A stretch of 64,000 nt of DNA. Source: Acidobacteriota bacterium (GTDB lineage: Bacteria; Acidobacteriota; Blastocatellia; UBA7656). Under the pieces are notes generated by a model. The model saw only the letters and a program-made list of their open reading frames with translations. It did no database searches and had not been told where the DNA came from. Location of the stretch: contig JACQDB010000030.1 in the NCBI GenBank assembly GCA_016201275.1, forward strand, positions 65,864 to 129,863, given 5' to 3'. The position numbers and the translations under genes are program-made. Shown here in pieces: positions 22,281 to 32,111 of this stretch (the first letter of the stretch is position 1; each line of letters starts with the position of its first letter).

Positions 22281-23576
22281 TCAACCAAGGCTATTGATCT
22301 CTTCCGGCCTCTTCAGACCGCACTCGTTTGGCCGGGGTCTGGCGGCCTTCACAATCTCAAGAAGATAGGTCTCGGTTTCAGCGGCGATAGTTTCGATGTC
22401 AAATCTTTCCCGCATCAGTTGCTGTCCAGCAGTTGCCAGCCTAGCAAGCCATGGCGGATTATCAATCAGTTGAATAAGGCCATCGGCAATGGCTTCGGGA
22501 GTGTTCTGCCATAATACCACGCTGTTGATCTGATCTTTCAGTAACTCGCTGCTGCCTCCTGAAGTTGTGCCAACGACCACAAGCCCACACGCCATCGCTT
22601 CTAAAAGCGTCATGGGTAAGCCCTCGAGGTGCGTAGAAGGAAACACCAGTACATCATGTTGTCTATAAATCTCCGGTAATTTTGGGTTATCTACCATACC
22701 AAGAAATTTTATGTAGTCCTGTAACTGATTTTCTTCGACCATCCGATGAAGCGATTCGCCATATTCAAAAGGATATGCCGGAACTCCTACTATACTTAAA
22801 CGCACCTGATGATAGTTACGGCGTAGCATCTCCGAGATCGCCTGGATCGCCAGATGTGCGCCTTTTTCACTTACCAGACGCCCGACAAAGAGAACCTTCA
22901 ACGCTCTTTCCTGATTAAACGAAGGCGTCCCGTTAAACCGGGCCATATCCAGTCCATTATAAATAACTCGCCAATCATTCAATGGCAGTCCGGCTTGTAC
23001 ATGACGGGAGTGCTGGTACTGACTGCAAAAGACGACGTGGCTCAAGTCAAGATGGGAAAGTTCTACCGGGGTTAGCCAGTTGGAGTAGCGTAATTGGAAG
23101 GTCGTGCGAACCATCCCCTTGGCCAACTGTTTGACTGGATTCGAGCCTGACTTGAGCCACAGTTGCCGCTGGCGCTCGCCCCCGGCCAGGTGGTTAGGTA
23201 TCCACAGATCATGTAGGTTGAACAGTATCGGAGTAATAAATTCGCGCAGCGTGAGATACAAAGAAGGGAAGAGCTGCGATAAACTCCACGCCGATATTAC
23301 GTCTGGTGCCAGCGATTGAACCAATTGTCGAATGATCGCATTGTCGCTAGTCTCCCAGCGTGCGATTTGGAAGAGGCTTGGCGAGTCTTGTGGACGATGG
23401 AGTAGTCTGTAGATATGCCCATCAACTGCTGTTTTGCCTGCCAAGCCATAATTGCTGGTCAGCACGAATAGCTCATGCCCACGTTTTCGGAGTTGTTCGG
23501 TTACTGTCGCACAGGCAATTTCGTAGCCGCCAGCATAGTAAGGCGGATAGCGATCTGTCAGTACCAATATACGCAC
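22281..23576 (-). CDS. Glycosyltransferase family 4
   Basis: MRILVLTDRYPPYYAGGYEI... N-terminus and C-terminal EGLPMTLLEAMACGLVVVGT. Confidence 0.8.
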   Translation of the reverse strand: MRILVLTDRYPPYYAGGYEIACATVTEQLRKRGHELFVLTSNYGLAGKTAVDGHIYRLLHRPQDSPSLFQIARWETSDNAIIRQLVQSLAPDVISAWSLSQLFPSLYLTLREFITPILFNLHDLWIPNHLAGGERQRQLWLKSGSNPVKQLAKGMVRTTFQLRYSNWLTPVELSHLDLSHVVFCSQYQHSRHVQAGLPLNDWRVIYNGLDMARFNGTPSFNQERALKVLFVGRLVSEKGAHLAIQAISEMLRRNYHQVRLSIVGVPAYPFEYGESLHRMVEENQLQDYIKFLGMVDNPKLPEIYRQHDVLVFPSTHLEGLPMTLLEAMACGLVVVGTTSGGSSELLKDQINSVVLWQNTPEAIADGLIQLIDNPPWLARLATAGQQLMRERFDIETIAAETETYLLEIVKAARPRPNECGLKRPEEINSLG

Positions 23577-23653
23577 TGAATTTCTCTCCCTTTACGAATC
23601 TCCTTGGATGAATCCAGCAACCTTGCACGTCGGCAAGGAATGATAAACAGCCT

Positions 23654-24535
23654 TCATGATTTGAACCCGGCGAGGATGGCATTTGGCGTGATGCTTGCTC
23701 GCAGGCGGACAGCGGCCTTCAAGAATGGGCGCAGCCCTACGGCGCATAGCAGGGTAAAAACGATTCTCAGCACCTTGTTATGGATGGAGTTTGGCGTTTC
23801 AATTTTGCGCCGCAGAACCGCTTCACTGGCGTTGACGGAATAAACATCAATTCCTTTTTTGGCGCAAACGCGAGCCAGTAATGGGGGGATCGGCAGCATC
23901 TCCACATCATAGTTTCTCCCAACTCGTTTTCGCGTGTACCATCTGGCCAGCGGTAGAGGCAACAACGTGACGCCGAACAAGTGATAGTGAGGGTCGCTCC
24001 AGACATTGCGTAGAGACAACAGATTGGGGAAGGACAAATACAAAACGCCACCTTTTTTCAATACCCGCGACATTTCTGCAATCAAACTGTTTTTATCTTT
24101 CACATGTTCGAGCACTTCAGTGCAGATCACAATATCGAAAGATTCATTAGTAAAGGGCATATTATAGGCATCAGCACAAAGTACCGTCGTCGCCAAACCG
24201 TGTAACGAAAGTCGCTGACGGCACAGCACCAGTTCTTCCTGATTCATATCTATGCCCACACACCGCGCCCCCATACGGTCCAGTATGCTGACAGCGCCGC
24301 CAAAGCCGCAACCCACGTCCAGCACCAACTTGCCTTCCAGACCAGTCAAGGCAGAAAGCTCGCGGGCTATTCTTTCTCCAGCCTGGTACGTGGCTGGTCC
24401 GGTAGCCTCCACCCAGTGAGAAAAAAGCGGATACTCACGCGACACTCCCTGCGCGACATACCATTCTTCCAGTAGCGCTTTGAAATCTTCTTCTGCTTTT
24501 GGCACCATACTCATAGCTCTCCCGCAACCCTGCAC
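23654..24535 (-). CDS. Class I SAM-dependent methyltransferase
   Basis: VLDVGCGFGGAVSIL ... FDIVICTEVLEHVKD ... GGVLYLSFPN. Confidence 0.75.
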   Translation of the reverse strand: MQGCGRAMSMVPKAEEDFKALLEEWYVAQGVSREYPLFSHWVEATGPATYQAGERIARELSALTGLEGKLVLDVGCGFGGAVSILDRMGARCVGIDMNQEELVLCRQRLSLHGLATTVLCADAYNMPFTNESFDIVICTEVLEHVKDKNSLIAEMSRVLKKGGVLYLSFPNLLSLRNVWSDPHYHLFGVTLLPLPLARWYTRKRVGRNYDVEMLPIPPLLARVCAKKGIDVYSVNASEAVLRRKIETPNSIHNKVLRIVFTLLCAVGLRPFLKAAVRLRASITPNAILAGFKS

Positions 24536-24540
24536 TGACG

Positions 24541-25638
24541 TTATCTTGGTAAATCGTTGTCGTGTTCTGCCGCCCTACGGACCTTGCCGAGCAAGTCGCC
24601 AACCGGCTGTAACACCTTTTCCCAACTCAGTTGGTGTGCGGTTTCCCTCGCCGCTTCATTCATGCGATGCCAAGTGGCAGGCGCTGCCGCCGCATAAACC
24701 TGCTCAATGAAGTTCTCTTCGTTGTAGGCCATAGCGCAATCGGGATAGGTGTATCCTTCTTTCATCCACTCCGGGAATAAGACCGGCAATCCGCAAGCAA
24801 AGTAATAGGCGAACTTTGTTGAGGGTGAATGCTGACGCAGCAGGTCACGCGATACTGTGATTAAGCCAAATTGATAGTCGGCGAGAAAATCTAACCCTTG
24901 TGCATAGCCTTTATAATTCAACAGCGTTGGCAAAAATAAGCGATTCGGATTCGCTGGGCCGAAACAGTCAATCGGATATGGAGAGATTTTTGCCAAGGAC
25001 GCCAGCAGGTAGGGATCTTGAATATAGTAGTACGATCCTGCATACACCATTCGCGGACGAGGGCTATATTGAGCCTGTAACGATGACCGTTCGCACCCCA
25101 TCCGAGCGGTTATCGCTTTTGCCGAGAACTTACCATCCGTATCGAATTGGCGTATAAAGAATTGCGTTAATAATTCATGGTGGCAGAAGATGTAATCCAC
25201 GCTGTTGAAAATACTCATCTCCTTTGCAAAGGTCTCCTCCACTTCAGTCAAATTCGGACCCCAGACATAATAGGCTTCAAGAAAAAGGATGTTCGCCATG
25301 TCAAGAATTTTCAGACAGTCAAACGAGCGGGTTAGCACATATGCCATATCTTGGCCGCGCCCAATGACCGCATCGAAATGACCGCGCCGGATTTGTGGCT
25401 CTAATTGATCGGCGAGAAAATCCCAGTGGTGCGGCAAAGTTTGGCGGCGTAGCAAACGACGTTTGAGTCGCGCCGCCAAGCCGTAGCGCTGGCGCTCGAA
25501 TCGCTCCAGCGCAGCGGCATCTGGAGCCAACACTTCGACGTGATGCCCACTATTTTCCAAATAGCTTTGCATCGCCCGCCCACGAACTCCGGTGGCCGAT
25601 TTCTGCTCGGCACTATATTCTAGTAAGGCAATCTTCAT
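24541..25638 (-). CDS. Putative GT-B fold glycosyltransferase / hypothetical protein
   Basis: 365 aa. Weak GT-B-like C-terminal region (FACGLPVLFPEW). No confident family assignment. Confidence 0.3.
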   Translation of the reverse strand: MKIALLEYSAEQKSATGVRGRAMQSYLENSGHHVEVLAPDAAALERFERQRYGLAARLKRRLLRRQTLPHHWDFLADQLEPQIRRGHFDAVIGRGQDMAYVLTRSFDCLKILDMANILFLEAYYVWGPNLTEVEETFAKEMSIFNSVDYIFCHHELLTQFFIRQFDTDGKFSAKAITARMGCERSSLQAQYSPRPRMVYAGSYYYIQDPYLLASLAKISPYPIDCFGPANPNRLFLPTLLNYKGYAQGLDFLADYQFGLITVSRDLLRQHSPSTKFAYYFACGLPVLFPEWMKEGYTYPDCAMAYNEENFIEQVYAAAAPATWHRMNEAARETAHQLSWEKVLQPVGDLLGKVRRAAEHDNDLPR

Positions 25639-25645
25639 CTACCTA

Positions 25646-26020
25646 TCACAACCTCAATTCGACTGGTGCATACGTTCTTTGCGCCATCAATAACTTCCCA
25701 ATTTTAGCCAAGATGAATACCGAAGCGACGATACTTAGCCCTATCATCATCAGGATGAAAATCCGCGGAGGTTGAGATACGGAGAACGCATAGGTATTCA
25801 GGGAGGTAGTGATTCCCCCGATAATCATAAGCAGGCTAAGGGAAGAATCTTTGGTCAAAGGATGAGATAAACTGGCAGTGCAGGCAAACGGCACCAGCAG
25901 AATGAGTGAGCGATTCCAATCGCCTAACATTAATAGCGGTACGCCAAGGAGAATAAAAGCGAAGTCTATTTGGTCGCGATGAGAGCCTGTCGTTTCGAGA
26001 ATTACTGATTTCGTTGTCAT
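25646..26020 (-). CDS. Small hypothetical membrane protein
   Basis: 124 aa with three hydrophobic segments. No recognisable motif. Confidence 0.3.
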   Translation of the reverse strand: MTTKSVILETTGSHRDQIDFAFILLGVPLLMLGDWNRSLILLVPFACTASLSHPLTKDSSLSLLMIIGGITTSLNTYAFSVSQPPRIFILMMIGLSIVASVFILAKIGKLLMAQRTYAPVELRL

Positions 26021-26056
26021 GGTTTTGGCTGGTTGATGTTGCGTCTTCCCTATTAG

Positions 26057-26164
26057 GATTGTGAACTAAATAACCTGCAACTTTGTACGGGCGACCACCG
26101 CAGGGTCGCCCATACAAGGCATTGGAAAATCTCTCAAGTTTTGCAGGTTATTTAATCCACAATC
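26057..26164. repeat. 108-bp palindromic element (arms GGATTGTGAACTAAATAACCTGCAACTT / AAGTTTTGCAGGTTATTTAATCCACAATCC) with inner GC-rich hairpin CGGGCGACC-ACCGCA-GGGTCGCCC
   Basis: Read directly. Lies just downstream of the stop of the 26190-27488 gene. No flanking U-tract. Confidence 0.55.
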
Positions 26165-26189
26165 CTTAGCTGCGAGTTGCGGCGATTGT

Positions 26190-27488
26190 TCAGCCGACAT
26201 CAATGGCAATATTTTTCGGTCTTTGCAATCGTCGCACAAATAAACCGCGCTTCTGATGCAGCCATTGCATACCCTGCGCTGCATTTATTAAAAGAAAAGG
26301 CAATGCTGGAATCCAGAAGCGATATTCAATCCACATCGGAATATGTATCAACAAGGTGTATATCCAAACACTTGAACAGAGTAAAGCAAGGCTGTGCGTC
26401 TGGATGCGAAAGAGTCCAAACACTGCGAGCATTAAAGGGATAATAGAAAATAGAGTCATTAAAATGATTTTGATGATCAGATGCAACCAATCTCTTTGTA
26501 CCCATAAGACTCCAAAAGATTGGTTAAATTCAGTAAAATTATCAAAGCTGGAAAGCACTAGATAGGGAAAGCTGCGGAGGCGCGATTGAAGATAAGCTCG
26601 CGGGTTGTCGCGGATATTTTCTACGGCTTTGCGAAACCCGAATTGATCTGCCTGCGCCATCTCTTGCGGATTAGTGGCCGCGGTCAAACGCTTGCCATAC
26701 TCATCTTCCTCAGCAAAAGCCGGCCACAGGTGTTGCTGATCTTTTTGATCCCAGTCCCACCGCGTTGGTATATAGAAGTTCACGGCGCTTGCGCCCTGCA
26801 CCAGAGTCAACCGTTTGGCAACCAGACTACAGCGCACTGCCCAGGGAGCGATCACCAGAAACGCCAGGGCCGGAACCAGCACAGCATAGCGCCAAGAGTG
26901 CGAGCGCTGCCGGTTCAATAGCATTACCACGGCGCATAGAAAGGGGACGATCAAAGCAATGGGTCTGCACAAGCAGGCCAGCCCAAACATCGTGCCGCTG
27001 ATGGCATAAAACTGCCATTGACTGCGAATCATGGCGTAGGCCAAAAAACCTATACCGCATACCAGCAGCGCAGTGAACAACGTTTCGTTGAGCAGCGACA
27101 CGGAAGCAACAATTGCGCCGGGATGCAGAGCATACCCCAAAGCCGCCAACATCGCCCACTTCAGCGTGGCGACGCGGCGCGCCAGAACAAAAATGGCAAC
27201 CGCGATCAACGAATCCAACAGGCTTTGCAGGCTTGCGATGATAAGCGACGAAAAGAGGCCGAAGATTTTGAAAAAGGCAAGTATGGCTGGATATAACGGG
27301 GCGCGGCGAATGGTCGGCGCATAGGGAGCATCGACGTTGAGACTGAAGGCTCCGTGAACCGCAAGATTATCCGCCAATCGGAAATACCCTTCGGTGTCGT
27401 GCGCTAACACCGGCCCCCGAACCACCAGATAGCCCACACGCGCAAGCAGCGCAATAACAAACAACAGGAAGTAATGCCTAGGTTTCAA
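26190..27488 (-). CDS. Polytopic membrane glycosyltransferase, ArnT/PMT (GT39/GT83)-like, second copy
   Basis: 432 aa, at least 10 TM helices. N-terminal loop HDTEGYFRLADNLAVHGAF resembles the DE-loop of GT-C enzymes. Confidence 0.5.
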   Translation of the reverse strand: MKPRHYFLLFVIALLARVGYLVVRGPVLAHDTEGYFRLADNLAVHGAFSLNVDAPYAPTIRRAPLYPAILAFFKIFGLFSSLIIASLQSLLDSLIAVAIFVLARRVATLKWAMLAALGYALHPGAIVASVSLLNETLFTALLVCGIGFLAYAMIRSQWQFYAISGTMFGLACLCRPIALIVPFLCAVVMLLNRQRSHSWRYAVLVPALAFLVIAPWAVRCSLVAKRLTLVQGASAVNFYIPTRWDWDQKDQQHLWPAFAEEDEYGKRLTAATNPQEMAQADQFGFRKAVENIRDNPRAYLQSRLRSFPYLVLSSFDNFTEFNQSFGVLWVQRDWLHLIIKIILMTLFSIIPLMLAVFGLFRIQTHSLALLCSSVWIYTLLIHIPMWIEYRFWIPALPFLLINAAQGMQWLHQKRGLFVRRLQRPKNIAIDVG

Positions 27489-27545
27489 GCCCTTTTCTCA
27501 CTGATACTGAATGCTGACCATTCAGACGACGCATCCGCTATTCTG

Positions 27546-29993
27546 TTATCCATTGCTCACCTCGACGTTTTGAAATATCGCCGCCAGTTGGCGAGTGTTT
27601 TTGGTAAGGTCAAAAGCGACTTCGATTTTCCGACGTGCAGCGCAACCAAGCGCCCGACTAAACTCCACATCCTGAATCAAATGCTCTATCGTATCAGCCA
27701 ACCCAACCTCATCTTTTTCCGGCACCAGCAGGCCCGAAACGCCGTCTTCAATCAATTCCGGGATGCCGGAAAGCGGAGTCGAAACCACTGGCAATCCCAT
27801 CGCCATCGCTTCCATAAGCGCCACGGGAATTCCATCTATATGTTCTCCCTGTCCACGCATATCAAGGCACGCCAAAACAAACAAATCGGCTTTTTGAAGG
27901 CGACGAATAACTTCATTGTTTGGCAACGAACCACAGAGCGTTACCGTTTCCGCCACCTCTAACGCCTCAATTTCATCTTGAAATCTTTTTTCGAGATTGC
28001 CATCGCCAATAATCTCGCAGCGCAAGTCAAGCCCTCGGTCACGTAATTCTTTGCACGCCCGAATCAAATAACTGTGCCCTTTCTGAACCATGAGCGTACC
28101 AATAGAAATAATGTAACAAGGTGCTGAAAATTGTGCTTTCTCCCCGTCCCCAGACAATCTATTGGTATCCACGCCCAAATAATTGACGATGATTTTTTTC
28201 GTCTCTATACCCTTGTAGGTCGCGCCGATATAGTGCTTATTGAACGCCGAGATGGTTCGCATAAAACGGGCTTTGCTGGTCTTCCACACCAATGAGGGGT
28301 TGGGATTGAAGATGTCATACGCGTGTGTCGTAAAACTAAAGTCCACGCCTGCGAGTTCAGCCGTCAAATAGGCTAGGGTGGTCGTGCGCGTGCCAAAGGT
28401 GGCGTGCAGATGCGTAATGCCATCGCGGCGCACCCTCTTTGCATAGTAGGCCGCCAAAATCAGCATTCGCAGCGAGGCTTCTGGTTCACGAAACAGAAAT
28501 ATCAGAAGCTTGAGGAAGGTCAGCGGCTTGCGAAGCAACACCCATCCCAAAGCCGTCAACACGCCTCGATAATAAGGGGCGAAATAGAAACTTTCCTGAC
28601 GCAGACTCTCTTTTACCGGATCAATTTTAATCGCCGGACGGAAGGCGTTAAAGACGCTCACCGCAGCGCCTTGTTTCCGCAGTTCAAGAATTTCATTGAC
28701 CACAAAGGTCGCATAGCACTCGACGAAATAGCCCAGCCGCAGACCAGCACTCGGATAATCCTCCGGTAAGGAGCGATACACCCGCTCCATCGCATCAGTC
28801 ACTGCTGTCGGCGTGTAATCGCGCACATAATGCTCCCGTCCGCGCTGCCCCATTTCGACGCGCCGTTCCGGGCTTTCAACCATTATGCGGAAACGCTCCG
28901 TCAAAGCGTCAATATCGCCGACATCAACCAGATAACCGGTGACTCCATCTTCGACAAAATCCGGTATGCCGCCAAAGTTGGAGGCAATCACCGGTTTGCC
29001 ATACGACATGGATTCGGTGATTGGCATACACTGCGATTCAGAAGCTGAGGTCAGCGTGAAGACATCAAACTGCTGCATCACATCTTCAAGCTTTTCAAAC
29101 TCGCCGGTAAAGGTCACACGATCCTCGACGCCCTGCTGACGGGCAAATTCCTGTAGCGCCTCGCGCATAGGCCCGTCCCCGGCAATCACCAGCCCGACAT
29201 CATGTCCTTCCCGACAGAGATTGCGTAAAGCCAGCATCAAGTCTTGATGGCGCTTATGCGGCACCAGTCGCCCAATAGCGCCAAAGTTCACTCTGCCATC
29301 ACCGTTGCGCCGCGTTTTTAATGCCCGCTCTCCGGGGTCTTGAATCATAAACGGAATCGTTGCGATTTCGCCCTTGTAGCCATAGATGCGACGCAGGCAA
29401 TCGGCAACCGAGCGCGAACAACAGATCACCCGCTGCGCTTTATTGATGGCGGCTACTGTGCTCTCTAATTGCCAGGTCTTGATGTACAACTCATCAGCTT
29501 CGCCCATCTCGTGATAGATGGAATAGACGCCGTGCTGTTCAGCCCATTCCAGAAGCCTTGGCGTCAAGGCCGCAGGTCCCCAGATTTGCAAGATGACCTG
29601 GTCTCTGCCAGCAATGGTTTGCGAAAGCTCCTTAAATATACGGCGCTTTTCCAGGCGACTGAGCCGCGTCAAAACAATAGAACCGACCGCCTGCCAAGCA
29701 TCCTGCAACGAATGGCGACGCCACAACGCATAAGGCAACACCAGCAACAGGCTGGCAAGAAACCGCAGCCAGCGCGCCATCCGCAACTCTTCATAGCGCG
29801 GCCATACTCCGACCGGCACGCCGATTTTATTGAGCCATTGGATGTAACGATGCTGTGGATTGAACGGTGGGCGCGTAAACAGCTTGATGTCATAGCCGCG
29901 CCCTGCCAGTTCCTGCACCAGCAACGACATGGCGTGTTGGCCGCCGCCGGTCGCCGATAACACAGTAGTATAAAAAATAATCAGCGGTTTCAT
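27546..29993 (-). CDS. Tandem fusion of two GT4 glycosyltransferase modules
   Basis: Two complete GT-B units. Each ends with a GT4 motif: ESQCMPITESMSYGKPVIASNFGGIPDFVEDGVTGYL, and EHIDGIPVALMEAMAMGLPVVSTPLSGIPELIEDGVSGLL. Start set to internal ATG 29991-29993 (MKPLIIFYTT), giving an ATGA overlap with the upstream gene. Confidence 0.8.
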   Translation of the reverse strand: MKPLIIFYTTVLSATGGGQHAMSLLVQELAGRGYDIKLFTRPPFNPQHRYIQWLNKIGVPVGVWPRYEELRMARWLRFLASLLLVLPYALWRRHSLQDAWQAVGSIVLTRLSRLEKRRIFKELSQTIAGRDQVILQIWGPAALTPRLLEWAEQHGVYSIYHEMGEADELYIKTWQLESTVAAINKAQRVICCSRSVADCLRRIYGYKGEIATIPFMIQDPGERALKTRRNGDGRVNFGAIGRLVPHKRHQDLMLALRNLCREGHDVGLVIAGDGPMREALQEFARQQGVEDRVTFTGEFEKLEDVMQQFDVFTLTSASESQCMPITESMSYGKPVIASNFGGIPDFVEDGVTGYLVDVGDIDALTERFRIMVESPERRVEMGQRGREHYVRDYTPTAVTDAMERVYRSLPEDYPSAGLRLGYFVECYATFVVNEILELRKQGAAVSVFNAFRPAIKIDPVKESLRQESFYFAPYYRGVLTALGWVLLRKPLTFLKLLIFLFREPEASLRMLILAAYYAKRVRRDGITHLHATFGTRTTTLAYLTAELAGVDFSFTTHAYDIFNPNPSLVWKTSKARFMRTISAFNKHYIGATYKGIETKKIIVNYLGVDTNRLSGDGEKAQFSAPCYIISIGTLMVQKGHSYLIRACKELRDRGLDLRCEIIGDGNLEKRFQDEIEALEVAETVTLCGSLPNNEVIRRLQKADLFVLACLDMRGQGEHIDGIPVALMEAMAMGLPVVSTPLSGIPELIEDGVSGLLVPEKDEVGLADTIEHLIQDVEFSRALGCAARRKIEVAFDLTKNTRQLAAIFQNVEVSNG

Positions 29994-31174
29994 GATGTCA
30001 AATCCAAGGCTAGCAAAGCATCCACATAAAATTTCGCCGCCCAGTTTGGATAGCGGAATGGGTCGTAGCCGCCCCATACGGGATGCGAACCTTTGATGCC
30101 GCCGCATATCGGGTCATCCGTGGCGGTCAGACAAACCTGCGTGCGTTTGACAAAGCCGAGCAGTTTCTGTGCCGCCTCAACGTATTCTCTCTTTCCCGTC
30201 AGCTTCGACAAACGTATCCACACATAAGCAATCTGGCAAGCGCCGGTTAAACAGTTCCATGACACCTGCGGTTTCCAGTCGGCATCAAACCGGCCTCTGA
30301 GAAAACCGTCTGCTTCTACATGGTTCAATAAATGCTCCGAGGTCAACAGCACCGCATTCAAGTAGCGCTCTTCCTGCAACATCATCGCCGCGTCTAAAAA
30401 ACCTTCTAGGGTATAGCCGATGGTGTGCGTCAAGGGTTTGGTGTTATCGGTCAGGCACTTGTTATCAAACCAGCCGTTGGCTCTCTGTTGCGTCAGCGCC
30501 CAATCAAAATTGCGAATCGCGGCGCGCTTGACCCGCTCATCTGCGAGCAATTCACCGGCTTCTAGCAGTGCCGAAGCGCTGCGGACATTATAGGTCGCGG
30601 GCGTCTGTAAGGTCAGCGGCGACATAAACCGTCGCCAGCAACCATCCTCATCCTGTACCTCGGTCAACCACTGCGCGGCGCGCCGCAAACTGTCGAGTAG
30701 CGCATCATCGTGAGACTCACGATAGGCATGACACCAGCCCTGCAATACTTGACCGGTGTTAAAGATCGTCGGTTGCGGATTGGTGCCCAGCGTCCCCCCC
30801 TGCACCGCGCCACTCTCCATCTGCACAGTGGTCAGCCAGTCAGCCATCCGCCGCGCCCGCTCACGCATGAGGTTGGCTCGCGCCGCTCTACCATCGGCTT
30901 CGCACCGCCGCGCATAGTTCAGAAAGGTGGGGATGATGTAGCCGGTGGTTTCCGGGTATGGCGGCAGCCAGCCGCTTCGCAGGTCATAGCCATATGAGAC
31001 CCCGCCGCCTTTGACCTGATCCTGAGCGCGGCACAACCAATTTATAGTCTCGTCAATATAGACGCCGGTTTCGCAACCGTTGGTCGCCAATTTCAGATCG
31101 CGAAGACTGGCGCGCAGCGTCTGCCGTGAAGCGAGGATTTCTCTAATGGTATAAAGATCAAAGGGTAATTTCAT
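29990..31174 (-). CDS. alpha/alpha-toroid protein with QW-like repeats (prenyltransferase / squalene-hopene-cyclase-like or glycoside-hydrolase-like fold)
   Basis: Repeated Q-x-x-(D/N)-G-x-W units (VQDEDGCWRRF, TQQRANGWFDN, VQMESGAVQGG) spaced about 45 aa apart. Confidence 0.4.
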   Translation of the reverse strand: MKLPFDLYTIREILASRQTLRASLRDLKLATNGCETGVYIDETINWLCRAQDQVKGGGVSYGYDLRSGWLPPYPETTGYIIPTFLNYARRCEADGRAARANLMRERARRMADWLTTVQMESGAVQGGTLGTNPQPTIFNTGQVLQGWCHAYRESHDDALLDSLRRAAQWLTEVQDEDGCWRRFMSPLTLQTPATYNVRSASALLEAGELLADERVKRAAIRNFDWALTQQRANGWFDNKCLTDNTKPLTHTIGYTLEGFLDAAMMLQEERYLNAVLLTSEHLLNHVEADGFLRGRFDADWKPQVSWNCLTGACQIAYVWIRLSKLTGKREYVEAAQKLLGFVKRTQVCLTATDDPICGGIKGSHPVWGGYDPFRYPNWAAKFYVDALLALDLTS

Positions 31175-31211
31175 ATTGTCGTTCTAGTGAACAACCTACG
31201 GTTGCCAACCG

Positions 31212-32033
31212 CTATGCCGCCGCAGAGGATATTTTTTGCGCGATAATAAATAATCCCTGCCCTTCTCCCGCATAGCGTTCGTCAAAAGCCGTCAGACGAT
31301 TGAGCAGTGGGCACAAGACGAAGATCAATTTCGGATGGATGGACAGCAACAGGTAGAAGACCTCTTTTGCCAGTATGGAGGCGCTTTTAATGATCGGTTG
31401 CATTCGCACGATCTCGAAGCCGCTTTGGGTAAGCAGAGCGATGATTTCGTCGTCACCAAAAGCGCCGCGCGCTTCATGAAATTCCGGCAGGCGTTTTACC
31501 GCCTTTGACGATTTCATGAGATACGCCGTTTTCGACAAGCGCGGAACCTGCATCATCAAATAGCCATCTTTAGAAAGCGCACGATAGATGTTTTGAAACA
31601 AAGCTTCAGGATCGTGAATAAATTGCAAAACCGCCATGCAAGTGATGATGTCATATGCGCCTGCGGGAAATTCGCTCTCCAAGTCTTGCATCTGAAAGCG
31701 TGCGTTGCTCAGATGATTCTGGTCTGCCAATTTCTTCGCATAGGCGATGGCTTGTTCATCACGATCAATGCCCAGAATGGAACTGTTATGGTGGACAGCA
31801 GCAAGCAGATTGGTCAGCGTTCCAGTGCCGCACCCGACATCGAGCAAAGAGTTGAACGGGAAATCTAGCAACGCCTGATAGAGATAGAGCGCCGTCACTT
31901 GCAGGCGCACATCCGGCATTCCGAACCAGTCGAGATAGCATCCCTTGAGTCCTTGTGCCTGTGGGATCACATAATCGCGCCCAAGCAGACCAGGGCGGTA
32001 ATGTCGCGCCGCTGCCATTAAGTATTCTGACAT
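31212..32033 (-). CDS. Class I SAM-dependent methyltransferase
   Basis: LLDVGCGTGTLT ... YDIITCMAVLQFIHDP ... DGYLMMQVP. Confidence 0.75.
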   Translation of the reverse strand: MSEYLMAAARHYRPGLLGRDYVIPQAQGLKGCYLDWFGMPDVRLQVTALYLYQALLDFPFNSLLDVGCGTGTLTNLLAAVHHNSSILGIDRDEQAIAYAKKLADQNHLSNARFQMQDLESEFPAGAYDIITCMAVLQFIHDPEALFQNIYRALSKDGYLMMQVPRLSKTAYLMKSSKAVKRLPEFHEARGAFGDDEIIALLTQSGFEIVRMQPIIKSASILAKEVFYLLLSIHPKLIFVLCPLLNRLTAFDERYAGEGQGLFIIAQKISSAAA

Positions 32034-32111
32034 CGTCCTCTCTGAAGGTGTTTATTAAATTGTCGGATAGAATAAGCTGTCGGTAGTTTCGCGGCTATCA
32101 CACGCCTCGCC

